DNA from: Bryobacterales bacterium
Lineage (GTDB): Bacteria; Acidobacteriota; Terriglobia; Bryobacterales; UBA6623
Reading direction: 5' to 3'
DNA length: 64,000 bases
Assembly: GCA_963422375.2 (NCBI GenBank)
Contig: OY729428.2
Location: 2,368,001 to 2,432,000, forward strand
Part shown: in pieces, positions 40,354 to 49,660 of the stretch
Numbering within the stretch: position 1 is the stretch's first letter
How the letters are laid out: each line of letters starts with the position of its first letter
Position numbers and translations under genes: made by a program
The notes under the pieces: model-generated
What the model saw: only the letters and a program-made list of their open reading frames with translations
The model's database searches: none
What the model was told of the DNA's origin: nothing

Positions 40354-42611
40354 GCCAGCTCGTCGGTGCGAGCGTCCAGGAACCCCGCCGTGATGCGGAA
40401 GTCCACGTCCAGACCGACCGACCGGCTGTCCGCGTTCAGGGCGAAGTACTCGATCGCGGGGGTCAGGACGGAGCCGCTGCGGCGCTTGATCCTCGGTATC
40501 GCGCGGAGCGCGGTCGCTCGGAAGCCCAGGCCCCCGACCGCGGTGGCTGTCCTCCCGTCGAGACGGTAGAGAATGCTGTTTCGGTCCCCCGCGTACGTGC
40601 TCCCCGCCGCGTACAGCGTCCCGCCGAAATCGCCCATCGCGTCGATCCGCTGCAGCCGGGTTCCGTAGTTGGTCCGGATGACGTTGGAATCGGCCGGGAC
40701 GTCGCGCAGCGCTACCCGATTGTCGCGGTAATACGATGCGTAGGAATAGCCTCGTAAATTGCCAGGCGGATTGGTTCTGCCGGCCGGCGTGAAGCCTTCG
40801 GCCCCGGGCGATTGCGGAGAGTACTGCAGCAGGTGCCACCCGTCGCCGGGCCTGAACTTGTCGCTGGAGAGGGGCGGCGCCGCCAGGAAGCGCCCGTTGG
40901 CGAAGCGGACGCTTGGAATGTACGGATAGATTGCGAAGTGGCCGGTCTGCCGGAGGTCCCTGGCGAGATTGCCTGCCGGCATGAACGTTCTCTTGCCCGG
41001 ATCGATGCTGCCGAGCTCGGTTATCATGCCGGAGCCGCCCCGCGTGCTGTTGAGCAGGATCTGCCCGCCGACCGCCACGACATCCCCCGGAGATTCCAGC
41101 GCCCACCCGACGGAAGAGACCCGCAGCGTGCGCGAGAACGAATGAGAGCGGCGGTTGCCGGGGCTCCACCTTTCCACTCGCACGCTCTCGTTCGCGCCCG
41201 GTCCGACGGTCCAGAGCGCTCCGCGCAGCCAGACGAGCCTGGACACGCCCGTTCCGTCGGCGGACAGCGTCGTATCGCCCGACGCCGGATCGAGTTCGTA
41301 GATCTTCCCGGACGAGAATGCGTGCGGGGCGATATCGGCGGTGTCGAGGTACTGCTGGCCCCGGACCCCGCCGCCGCGACCGAAGGCGAGCAGTTGCATG
41401 CCCCGCTCGCTGCGGGCGGGCACGGGCTGGCCGGGCGACAGCGGCAGGGACGCGCCCCCCGAGACGTAAGGCACGGCGCCGGCAGGGAGCTGGCCGGCGC
41501 GGGCGGCCGCGGTCCACCAGACGAAGGAAGTGCCGTCGGGCATGTCGATGGCGGGACCGAGCAGCGTGAGGCTGTGGTCGTACTCGCTCGCAGCGGCGGC
41601 CGCGCCGGAGCTGGCGCCGTGGAGCCTGTAAGTCTTCCCGAGCCTAAAAGGGGCCTCCACGAGGGAGAGGGCACCTCCGGACCCGCGCTGGATGAGGTAC
41701 TTGCCGTCGGATGCGGGAGTGCGCAGCCTGGCGATGGGCTGCGTGGCCGCGATGTGGCCCAGTTCGACGGTTTCCCCGCGCCGGCGCACCCCGTACATCC
41801 CGTCCGCCCGGGGCTCGGGCAGGTAGGCCAGCGCTCCCGGAACCTCGCCGCGGGCGCCGAAGATCTTGAGCGGCACGGGGTCCGAGCCCCGCTCCGTGGC
41901 GAGCAGCAGGTTCGTGGCGGTGCGCCCGAGGAAGCACCCTTCCCCGAGCCCGTCGGGCCCGGCCACGTAGATGGAATCGACGCCTCCGTCGAGGGCGTTG
42001 TCGCCGACCCGCGCGACGGGCAGGCCGGCGAGCGCCGCCGCCCGCACCCAGCCGGCCGATCCGCGGCGTTTCCCGCCGGGGCCGCGCCTGCCGCCCTCGA
42101 CCAGGAGCCAGGCGAAGTCGGCGAGGCGCAGGTCGGCGACGGCGATGCCGGTGTCGGCGAACGCCCCGGCCTTGGCCTCGGGCACGTTCGCGACGGCGAG
42201 CTCGGGCGTGTTCAGGAAGCCCTGCACCTGCGTGCCCCCGCCGTCCTTCCAGCGAGCGTGCCCGAGGGCCCGGTCCATCGTCTCTTCCAGCGTCGCCGCG
42301 GACATGGCGTCGATGGTCTCCAGCCGGGGCTTGCCGGTGGCGAGCCGCGAGAGCACGGCCAGGCCGCCGTTTGAGGCCTTGCCGACCGAGATGACGAAGC
42401 TGCCGCCCAGGTCGTTGACCGCGCGGCCCGCGAGCAGGTCCAGGGAGACGCTCCCCTCGACCCCGGCGGCGTCCTGGGAGCGGACGTCGAGCAGCTTGCT
42501 CTCGGGGTTGCGGGTCACGCCGCGGACGATGCTGCCGCCGACGTCGGCGGAATCGACGACCTTCTGGCCGGGAATGGTGCGCTTGATCCGGTCGAACACG
42601 TAGGTCGGCAC
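40350..42611 (-). CDS. Putative tail fibre / receptor-binding protein
   Basis: GTG start after GGAGGG; last gene of the structural operon; PRADGMY and PASDGKY motifs; beta-rich C-terminus. Confidence 0.55.
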   Translation of the reverse strand: MPTYVFDRIKRTIPGQKVVDSADVGGSIVRGVTRNPESKLLDVRSQDAAGVEGSVSLDLLAGRAVNDLGGSFVISVGKASNGGLAVLSRLATGKPRLETIDAMSAATLEETMDRALGHARWKDGGGTQVQGFLNTPELAVANVPEAKAGAFADTGIAVADLRLADFAWLLVEGGRRGPGGKRRGSAGWVRAAALAGLPVARVGDNALDGGVDSIYVAGPDGLGEGCFLGRTATNLLLATERGSDPVPLKIFGARGEVPGALAYLPEPRADGMYGVRRRGETVELGHIAATQPIARLRTPASDGKYLIQRGSGGALSLVEAPFRLGKTYRLHGASSGAAAAASEYDHSLTLLGPAIDMPDGTSFVWWTAAARAGQLPAGAVPYVSGGASLPLSPGQPVPARSERGMQLLAFGRGGGVRGQQYLDTADIAPHAFSSGKIYELDPASGDTTLSADGTGVSRLVWLRGALWTVGPGANESVRVERWSPGNRRSHSFSRTLRVSSVGWALESPGDVVAVGGQILLNSTRGGSGMITELGSIDPGKRTFMPAGNLARDLRQTGHFAIYPYIPSVRFANGRFLAAPPLSSDKFRPGDGWHLLQYSPQSPGAEGFTPAGRTNPPGNLRGYSYASYYRDNRVALRDVPADSNVIRTNYGTRLQRIDAMGDFGGTLYAAGSTYAGDRNSILYRLDGRTATAVGGLGFRATALRAIPRIKRRSGSVLTPAIEYFALNADSRSVGLDVDFRITAGFLDARTDELA

Positions 42612-42619
42612 GGTCCCTC

Positions 42620-44185
42620 CTACTCCAGCCGCAGCGACGCGCCGGAGATGGCGGCGCCCTGCTTTTCGCGCCCGACCCACAGGTCGTAGGCGATGCCGCC
42701 GACGGACACGGCGCTCCGGCGGAGCTCGAAGGCGCTGATCGCGTTGCCCGTGCCGAGCCCGATCAGCGTCAGGGGCGGGAAGCCCTGGATCGCGGCGGGC
42801 TGGGCCACGACGATGAACTTCTCCCCGGCGAAGGCGGGCAGGTCGATCGACTTGTCGGCCAGCGCCCCGCGGGTGCCCGCCGCCAGCTGCCGCGCGTCGA
42901 TGGCGTCGCGGTCGTCCACGGCCGCGGCGTAGCGGCTGCCGCGCACGTCCACGAGCACGCGGAAGCGCGTGGTGGCCCGGCCCGGCACGGGCGCGGAATC
43001 GCGCGCCGAGTAGACGGCTGCGAAGACGCCGGACTTGGACGGCGTGCCGGAAATCTCGCGGCTGGCGGCGTCGAAGCGCAGCCCGGCGGGCAGCCCCGCC
43101 AGGGCGTAGGCGTGCGGCGCGGTCCCGCCCGCGGCCTCCGGCAGCGTCACCGCGTCGCCGGGCCGGCCCTGCTGGTAGCGCAGGTCGTCCACCAGCGGCA
43201 GGCTGAGGGGCCCGACGCCCACCACGGTGACGTCGAACTCGGCCGCGGCCGTCTGGCCGTCCTTCGAGCGCGCCCGGTAGGACACGCCGCGGTAGACGCC
43301 CGGGGGCCGCGCCGTGCCGTACACCTGGCGCGTGACCGGATCGAAGGCCAGCCCGCCCGGCAGGCCGCTCACCTCGTACTCGTAGGGCGGCGTCCCGCCC
43401 GCGGCCTCCGGCAGCGGCAGGTCGTAGGAGCGGTCCTGGATCAGCTGCAGGTCCGGCGGGTCGGGCAGCGACAGCACCGAGGAGACCACCCGGATCAGGA
43501 ACACCTGCACGCGCGTCCTGCCTTTGGCGTCGCGGGCGGTGTACTCGACCTCGTAATCGCCCTTGGCTTCCGGGGCGCCCGAGATCGAGCGGCTTTCGGC
43601 GTCGAAGCGCAGCCCCCCCGGGAGCCCCGCGGCGCTGTAGGCGTAGGGCCGGGTGCCGCCCACGGCCTTCGACAGCGTGACCGGCTCGGCCGGCTCGCCC
43701 CGCTGCATCGTGAGCGTCCCGGGGAAGCTCTTGAACAGCACGGTCAGGTCCACGCCCGCCGAGCTCAGCAGGCGCCAGGACCATCCGTCGAAGAAGCAAT
43801 GCACGGGCAGGCCCGCCGCGACCTCGCGCCCGGACAGCCTGGTCCCGTCGATGCGCCGCAGCGGCTTCGGGCCGCGGCCGTCCACCTCGACCGTGGCGGG
43901 CCCCGTGTTCGTGCCGCGGGCCACCCATTCCAGCTGCGAGCCCGCGGGATAGCCCGTGCCGGGCCGCTCGCCCGAGTTGGACGAGTAGGTGCCGCGCAGC
44001 TTGTAGGCGTCGGGCAGGCTGGCGCTCGTCTCGTAGCAGAACACGGACGAGAGGAAGCTGAGCTCGGCGCGCGAGGGCAGCCGGCGGAAGCCGCGGCCGA
44101 TACGCTGGAGCTCCCCCGAGATCAATCCGGCCCGGGCCCGGGTGAACTCCGCGGGCAGCGCCACGGTGCGGTACCAGTCGCTCAT
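42620..44185 (-). CDS. Virion protein with three putative Ig (He_PIG-like) repeats
   Basis: ATGA coupling; three copies of GGTxPxxYxxxGLPxGLxFDxxxRxxxG; NTGPATVEVDG fibre-type motif. Confidence 0.75.
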   Translation of the reverse strand: MSDWYRTVALPAEFTRARAGLISGELQRIGRGFRRLPSRAELSFLSSVFCYETSASLPDAYKLRGTYSSNSGERPGTGYPAGSQLEWVARGTNTGPATVEVDGRGPKPLRRIDGTRLSGREVAAGLPVHCFFDGWSWRLLSSAGVDLTVLFKSFPGTLTMQRGEPAEPVTLSKAVGGTRPYAYSAAGLPGGLRFDAESRSISGAPEAKGDYEVEYTARDAKGRTRVQVFLIRVVSSVLSLPDPPDLQLIQDRSYDLPLPEAAGGTPPYEYEVSGLPGGLAFDPVTRQVYGTARPPGVYRGVSYRARSKDGQTAAAEFDVTVVGVGPLSLPLVDDLRYQQGRPGDAVTLPEAAGGTAPHAYALAGLPAGLRFDAASREISGTPSKSGVFAAVYSARDSAPVPGRATTRFRVLVDVRGSRYAAAVDDRDAIDARQLAAGTRGALADKSIDLPAFAGEKFIVVAQPAAIQGFPPLTLIGLGTGNAISAFELRRSAVSVGGIAYDLWVGREKQGAAISGASLRLE

Positions 44186-45783
44186 CGCATCTCGCGCAGG
44201 GGCCGGTAGGTGGCCGTCAGGGCCGACAGGACGTGCGGCGGGTTGCCCGGGTCGTCCGAGGACACGTGCACGGAGAGGTTGCGGCCGCGCCCGGCGAGCC
44301 GCGCCGCGGCCATGCGCCGCGGCGAGCCGTCCCACGCGAACGTGCCCCAGGGGCGCTCGCCCCAGCGGCTGGGCGAGCCCAGCACGCGGAAGTCCTCCCC
44401 CTCCCAGTCCCGCGACACCGAGTCGTCGTGGAAGTCCGCGGCCACGCGCAGGGCGCTCCAGTCGTCGCTGTCGCAATGCACGCGCAGCTTGAGCCAGCGC
44501 TTGAGCCGGTCGGGGCTGCCCGCGTCGTAGTAGGACGTGCGCAGGTAGGAGACCACGGGATGCCCGTCGAAGGTGTTGCCGCGGTCCATCTCGTAGACGT
44601 AGCCCGAGCCCTCCAGGGCGAAGAACACGCGCTCGCGGCCGTCGGCGTCCTCCACCGAGCAGCCGCAGCGCACCACGCCCGGGGAGGGCGCGCCCGCGCC
44701 GTCGTGCAGGTCGTAGGCCGAGACGGTGAACTCGGCCCGCGGGCCGCGCTCGCGCAGCACCAGGGTCGTCACCAGGCACTCGCCGTCCTCGAAGCACAGC
44801 CGGTACTGGCTCTTGCGCCGCACGCGCAGCGCCTGGGACGGCAGCACGCCCGCGTCGCGCTTGTAGTCCAGGTACTTGCGCACGCGCTCGCTAATCGTGG
44901 CGATGGAGAAGTCGCCGATGCTCTCGGCCGCGCTGACCGTGCGGATGCCGCGGTCGTCCAGGCACACCGGCTGGTCCATCACGGCCGCCGTGCGGCGCAT
45001 CGCCCCGGCCTCGCCGGAGAGCTCCGACAGCCGCCAGTCGGCCGCGGACGCGCCGGTCAGGGCGTAGCAGGAGTTGCGCCCGAACAGGATCAGCGCCTGG
45101 CGGTAGCCCGCCAGCATCCCGGTCAGGTCGTCCCCGACCGCCATCTCGGCCGCCCCGCCGGAGGATGCGAACGAGCCCGGGTCGCCCAGGGCCGAATGCA
45201 CCACCGAGCCGCGCTCGTAGCCCAGGAACAGGTGCGAGCGGTACGCGGCCACCAGCACGGGCGTGTCGTCGGCGTGGGCGATGCCCGTGCGCAGGTGGCG
45301 CAGGCGCCGCGCCCGCGGGTCGTATTCCACGGCCGGCCCCGCCCCGGTGACCGCGTACACCCGCGACTGGCCGGACTGGCCGCGGAAGTTGGCCGAGCAG
45401 AACTCCATGCGCCGGCCCGGGTCGTGCTCCGGCCGCGCGCCGTCCACCTCGCGCCAGCCCTCGGCGGTGCTCTCGTGCATGGCGCAGGAGCCGCTCCCGT
45501 CGGCGCGGAAGGCGTAGGTGACGCCCAGGTGGCGCCACACGCCGAGGATCTCGCCCTCGCCCGGCACCGCGCCGATCTTGGCCCGGCGGTAGGCCGCCTC
45601 GTCGGCGCCCTCCGCCTCGGACGGCGCGGGCTGGCCGTCGAAGCGCTCGTAGCCGTCCACGCGGCGGTAGCCGTCGGAGAGGCTCTCGTAGTTCAGGCAG
45701 CCCGTCAGGCTGCCGGGATGCGCCCGCGCGGGCGCGGTCAGGTCGATGCCGCCGCCGAGCCGCCAGGTCTTCGAGCGCGTCAC
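44182..45783 (-). CDS. Podovirus DNA-stabilisation / tail nozzle-like protein
   Basis: GTGA coupling; GGIDL...YRRVDGYERFDG; beta-propeller-like body; follows the adaptor gene. Confidence 0.6.
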   Translation of the reverse strand: MTRSKTWRLGGGIDLTAPARAHPGSLTGCLNYESLSDGYRRVDGYERFDGQPAPSEAEGADEAAYRRAKIGAVPGEGEILGVWRHLGVTYAFRADGSGSCAMHESTAEGWREVDGARPEHDPGRRMEFCSANFRGQSGQSRVYAVTGAGPAVEYDPRARRLRHLRTGIAHADDTPVLVAAYRSHLFLGYERGSVVHSALGDPGSFASSGGAAEMAVGDDLTGMLAGYRQALILFGRNSCYALTGASAADWRLSELSGEAGAMRRTAAVMDQPVCLDDRGIRTVSAAESIGDFSIATISERVRKYLDYKRDAGVLPSQALRVRRKSQYRLCFEDGECLVTTLVLRERGPRAEFTVSAYDLHDGAGAPSPGVVRCGCSVEDADGRERVFFALEGSGYVYEMDRGNTFDGHPVVSYLRTSYYDAGSPDRLKRWLKLRVHCDSDDWSALRVAADFHDDSVSRDWEGEDFRVLGSPSRWGERPWGTFAWDGSPRRMAAARLAGRGRNLSVHVSSDDPGNPPHVLSALTATYRPLREMR

Positions 45784-46466
45784 GCCAGGGTCCCTCCCAC
45801 GCCGGTCCCGGGCAGCATCTGCCGGCGCAGCGGCTCCAGCGCCTGCAGGTAGGCGTTGCGGGCGAAGGCGTAGCCGTCCCCGTCGCTGTCGCTGCCGTGC
45901 ATCAGCGCGACCGCCCGCCACACGATCGCCATGCGGTGCTCGGCGGGCAGCCCGTCCGGCTCGTCGCCGTCCGCCGCGAGCGACTGGGCGCCCTTGCGGT
46001 ACTCCCCGTCCAGCAGCTGCGGCTCGGACGGGACCGGGTGCAGCAGCAGGTCGAGATTGGGCGCCTGGCCCCACTCGCGCAGGCGGGCCCCGGGCCGCGG
46101 GGGGCCCGAGCCGGTCATGCGGCGCCACTCCGGATAGGAGATCCGCCGCAGCCGGCCCTTGGCGGCGGGATCGGACAGCGGCGCGGCCAGCCACAGCCCG
46201 TCGCCGCGCCATTGGCCGAAGCGCTCCACGCCCAGCCCGCGCGGCGAGACGCGCGAGACGCCGCGCTCCACGCGCGCCACCAGCCGCGCCGCGGACCAGC
46301 CCCAGTCGGGGTGCAGGTGCTGGATGTCGAGCCACGCCTGGCGCACGCACAGGGCCACCTGGGACTCGTAGTCGGAAGCCCGGCCGGGGCCGACGCCGTC
46401 CATCGAGCGCGGCGAGTCCGTGCCCGCGGCCCGCAGCGCCTCCCGGCACAGCTCCAGGTAGTTCAT
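45780..46466 (-). CDS. Phage head-tail adaptor (tail tubular A-like)
   Basis: MNYLELC...VRQAWLDIQ...W, LHPVP, LPAEHRMAIVWRA. Confidence 0.65.
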   Translation of the reverse strand: MNYLELCREALRAAGTDSPRSMDGVGPGRASDYESQVALCVRQAWLDIQHLHPDWGWSAARLVARVERGVSRVSPRGLGVERFGQWRGDGLWLAAPLSDPAAKGRLRRISYPEWRRMTGSGPPRPGARLREWGQAPNLDLLLHPVPSEPQLLDGEYRKGAQSLAADGDEPDGLPAEHRMAIVWRAVALMHGSDSDGDGYAFARNAYLQALEPLRRQMLPGTGVGGTLA

Positions 46467-46484
46467 GCGACGCTAGCCGGCTCG

Positions 46485-47105
46485 CTAGCCGGCTCGGAAG
46501 TCCCGGGCCGCCTTCTGCGTGGCCTTGGCCGCCGCGGCCAGCGACGCGCCGTCGTCGATCAGGACGACGCCCTCGTGGCCCGGCGGGCGGCCGTCCCGCA
46601 CCAGCCCGAAATAGCCGTAGAAGCGCATGGGGTAGCGGTCGTAGTCCAGCAGCTGCGACGCGCTCAGGTGCGTCGTGGCGACGCCGTGCCGGTCCACCGC
46701 CTGCTCGTAGCGCTGGTCGTAGGTCGACACGACGTGCCGGTACAGGCGCTCGCGGATCAGGATCACCACCCCGCGCGGCAGGTACGCCTGGCAGTCGTTC
46801 ACGGACACGAAGACCGGGGTCTTCCGGTTCTCGCCGTCGTCGAGCGCGAACTTCACCTTGGCCCAGCGCTCGCGCGCGGGGTCCCAGGCGTCGTCCTGCC
46901 GGCCCTGCAGGCCCTCCGCGTGCAGCGACACGCGGTCCTCGGGCACGAACACGCCGGTGGTGGCGAAGCCGCCCACGGTGAGCGCCTCGACCAGTTCCGA
47001 CCGCTTCATGCCCCCGCGGACTTCCAGCTGCGCCGTGCGGCCGAACTCGAGCAGCTGCTCGTCGGTCGCTTCCTCGATCGAGACCTTCCTCAGCCCCTTG
47101 GTCAT
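46485..47105 (-). CDS. Phage hypothetical protein in the head module
   Basis: Position within the operon; PVFVSVND...LPRG motif. Confidence 0.6.
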   Translation of the reverse strand: MTKGLRKVSIEEATDEQLLEFGRTAQLEVRGGMKRSELVEALTVGGFATTGVFVPEDRVSLHAEGLQGRQDDAWDPARERWAKVKFALDDGENRKTPVFVSVNDCQAYLPRGVVILIRERLYRHVVSTYDQRYEQAVDRHGVATTHLSASQLLDYDRYPMRFYGYFGLVRDGRPPGHEGVVLIDDGASLAAAAKATQKAARDFRAG

Positions 47106-47112
47106 GTCGCGG

Positions 47113-47508
47113 CTACGCCTCTCTCACGCCGATCACCGACGGGTCGGCGGTGGGCTCGGACAGGTCCATCGCCGGCAGCGGGAACAGCTCCCGGAAGCAC
47201 AGGAAGACCAGCTTCTTGCCCTCGACCTTGAAGGCCGCGTGCTGGCCGATCCTGAAGCCGCGGGCGGTGAAGGTGACGCCCTTGGCGACCTCGCCCACGT
47301 CGTGGGCGTCGCTGCCCGTGGCGCTCAGGTCGAACGCCAGCATCTTGCCCGCCGCCGTCACGCCGTCCACGGCGAAGGCCAGTATCTTGCCGCTGCCGTC
47401 CGAGCGGAAGAACGCGACGGCCTTGGGCCGCCAGCCGATCGTGAACTCGTAGTCCTTGGCCGCGTTGGACGTTTCCGCCGTCACGCAGCAGAATGGCTGC
47501 TGAGTCAT
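47113..47508 (-). CDS. Phage hypothetical protein, possibly capsid decoration
   Basis: Directly after the capsid gene; beta-rich; IGWRPKAV. Confidence 0.55.
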   Translation of the reverse strand: MTQQPFCCVTAETSNAAKDYEFTIGWRPKAVAFFRSDGSGKILAFAVDGVTAAGKMLAFDLSATGSDAHDVGEVAKGVTFTARGFRIGQHAAFKVEGKKLVFLCFRELFPLPAMDLSEPTADPSVIGVREA

Positions 47509-47520
47509 TTCCGGTCCCTC

Positions 47521-48540
47521 CTAGATCGAGCAGACGGTCTCGGCCCGCCGCATCCAGGCCTCGTTGAGGACCTTGCAGGCGAACCACATCTTCCAGGCGA
47601 TGGTGCCGCGCTGCCCCAGCGGGTCGCCGCCGCGCGGCACGTTCGGATTCAGCACCATCGGGCGCACCGCGCCCTTGCCGCGCAAGGGGATGCAGCCGAA
47701 CGCCTCGCGGCCCAGGTACAGCACCGGGTACACGTCGAACTTGCCGCCCGTCACGCGGAACTTGGCCGCGTCGTCCCCGGCCGCGGCCCCGGCGCCCTTG
47801 AACGGCGACAGGTCCGGGCTCAGGATGTAGCGCACTTCCTCGAACGAGCCGGCCTCGTGCGGGGACAGCGGGCGCTGCGAGCCGTAGCGCGCCACCGGCA
47901 CGAACGAGTCCGCGTCGATGACGCCCTTCAGATTGCGGACATGCGACATGATGTCCGTGTTGGACACGCCGACGTAGCACGCCTCGACGGCGTAGCTCTC
48001 GAACTTGTCCGAGCCGGCCAGGATGCTCGTGAACTTCTTGGCCTTGTTGCGGCGCAAGTCGGTCACGCAGGACCGCTGCAGCTTGACGTCGAGGACCGCG
48101 GTCTTGTCGAGCGCGCCGCGGGCGGTCTTGGATCCGGCGTAGCGCACGGACGTGCCGTTGCGCAGCACGGCCCAGGTCAGGGCCTCGCGCGTCTCGCCGA
48201 TCTGCTCGCCCTGGCGCACGGCCATGTCGCGCAGCACCTGGTCCCGGGACGTGTCCTTGACCACGTCGGTGAGGCCGCTGTAGTCCCCGTACTGGACGAC
48301 CTGCGCGGTCACCGTGTCGTAGCCGAAGTCGGACCCGTCGGGGGTGACGCCCTCCACCAGCGGGATCGTGGCGGGGGTGAACGGCTGGCTGCGCCGGAAC
48401 TCGATGACCTTGGTCTCGTTCGGCGGCAGCACCTTGGTCAGGCCGAAGCGCTCCAGCACTAACACTGGAATGGCGTGGGACAGCAGCCGCCGCGAGTACC
48501 AGCCCGCGGTGGCGTTCCCTATATCTCCGTAGGTGTTCAT
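47521..48540 (-). CDS. Major capsid protein, N4-gp56 family
   Basis: TYGDI...LVLERFG...IEFRR, LVEGVTP, QYGD, DVYPVLYLG, DPLGQRGTIAWK. Confidence 0.88.
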   Translation of the reverse strand: MNTYGDIGNATAGWYSRRLLSHAIPVLVLERFGLTKVLPPNETKVIEFRRSQPFTPATIPLVEGVTPDGSDFGYDTVTAQVVQYGDYSGLTDVVKDTSRDQVLRDMAVRQGEQIGETREALTWAVLRNGTSVRYAGSKTARGALDKTAVLDVKLQRSCVTDLRRNKAKKFTSILAGSDKFESYAVEACYVGVSNTDIMSHVRNLKGVIDADSFVPVARYGSQRPLSPHEAGSFEEVRYILSPDLSPFKGAGAAAGDDAAKFRVTGGKFDVYPVLYLGREAFGCIPLRGKGAVRPMVLNPNVPRGGDPLGQRGTIAWKMWFACKVLNEAWMRRAETVCSI

Positions 48541-48561
48541 GTTTGCAATCCTTGCGAGCGC

Positions 48562-49590
48562 CTAGGCGAAACGCCCCCTGGCGTCCCGCGGGCGCTCCTG
48601 CCCGCGCAGCTCCCGCCCGGCCTCCGCCCAGCCCGCGTCGAAATCGTCGCCGGCCTGCACGTCGCCCCGGGCGGCGCGCCGGCCGGGCACGCTCGCGGCG
48701 GACCTCAGCTGGGCCGCGCGACGGGACGCCAGGCCGGCGTCCCCCCCGCTGCCGGAGTATCGAGAGAGGATGTCGACGATGTCGCCGGAGCGCTCCGACT
48801 CGGCGAGCGTGCGCCGGACGTAGTCCGGCTGGCCCTCGAGCCACTCGGTGAACTCGGGCGAGACGACGGTGTCCTTCCAGGCCGGGTAGGCCTGCGCCAC
48901 CGCGTCCGCTTCCCGCTGCAGCCCGTCTTCCCGGGCCGACCGGCGTCGCGAGTCGCGCTCGCTCTCCAGTTCGCGGATGCGCTCCTGCATCGGCCCGAAG
49001 GCCTTCTGCAGCGAGTCGGCCAGCTCCGGCTCGAGCTCGCGCAGGTCGGCCAGCTGCTTGTTCAGCTCGTCGCCTTCGCTCCCGGCGCCCTCGCCGTCGC
49101 TCTTGCCCTCGCCGTCGCTCTTGCCCTCGCCGTCGCTCTTGCCCTCGCCGTCGCTCTTGCCCTCGCCGTCGCTCTTGCCGTCGCCCGACCGGCCGGCCTT
49201 CTTGAGCCTGCCGATCTCCGACCGCAAGTCGTTCTCTCTCTTGGCGAAGCCCTCCTTGAGGGTCGCGACTTCCTGTCGCAGAGCCTGCAAGTCCGGACCG
49301 TCCGCCCGCTGTTCCGGGCCAGCTTCAGGGGGTGGGCCGGTATCCCCCGCTGCCGGGGCCGGATTGCTGGCCCCGGGATCTTGTGCGCCCGCCTCTCGCC
49401 TGTCGGCGGCTTCCGGCGGCCTGTCCGCGGGCTCCTCGTCCCAGCCCGCCCCGAACTCGGGGTCGGTCCGCTGGTCCGGCTCGGCCGGTTCGGGAGCAGC
49501 GGGAGGCGCGGGAGGCGCGGCTTCGGCCGCGGCGCTCGCGCCGGTGCTTTCTTCTGCGTTGGAAGCCGCGCTCTTTTGGTCTTCGTCCAT
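48562..49590 (-). CDS. Putative scaffolding protein
   Basis: Acidic, low-complexity and coiled-coil; YPAWKDTVVSPEFTEWL; immediately upstream of the capsid gene. Confidence 0.7.
   Translation of the reverse strand: MDEDQKSAASNAEESTGASAAAEAAPPAPPAAPEPAEPDQRTDPEFGAGWDEEPADRPPEAADRREAGAQDPGASNPAPAAGDTGPPPEAGPEQRADGPDLQALRQEVATLKEGFAKRENDLRSEIGRLKKAGRSGDGKSDGEGKSDGEGKSDGEGKSDGEGKSDGEGAGSEGDELNKQLADLRELEPELADSLQKAFGPMQERIRELESERDSRRRSAREDGLQREADAVAQAYPAWKDTVVSPEFTEWLEGQPDYVRRTLAESERSGDIVDILSRYSGSGGDAGLASRRAAQLRSAASVPGRRAARGDVQAGDDFDAGWAEAGRELRGQERPRDARGRFA
49090..49179. repeat. 18-bp tandem repeat x5 (KSDGEG) in the scaffold gene
   Basis: (CTCGCCGTCGCTCTTGCC)x5. Confidence 0.92.
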
Positions 49591-49660
49591 GAGACAGCGG
49601 GAGCTACAGACAGTTTACACTGAACGCAAGTCTCCGCTGCCCACGGGGGCGCTCCGGGCT

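Noticed and set aside
42612..43928. N-terminal extension of the 1192-aa ORF, and similar extensions of the 725-, 755-, 818- and 1317-aa ORFs
   Set aside because: Arg/Gly/Pro-rich off-frame readings over real upstream genes; true starts were assigned from RBS or stop-start coupling.
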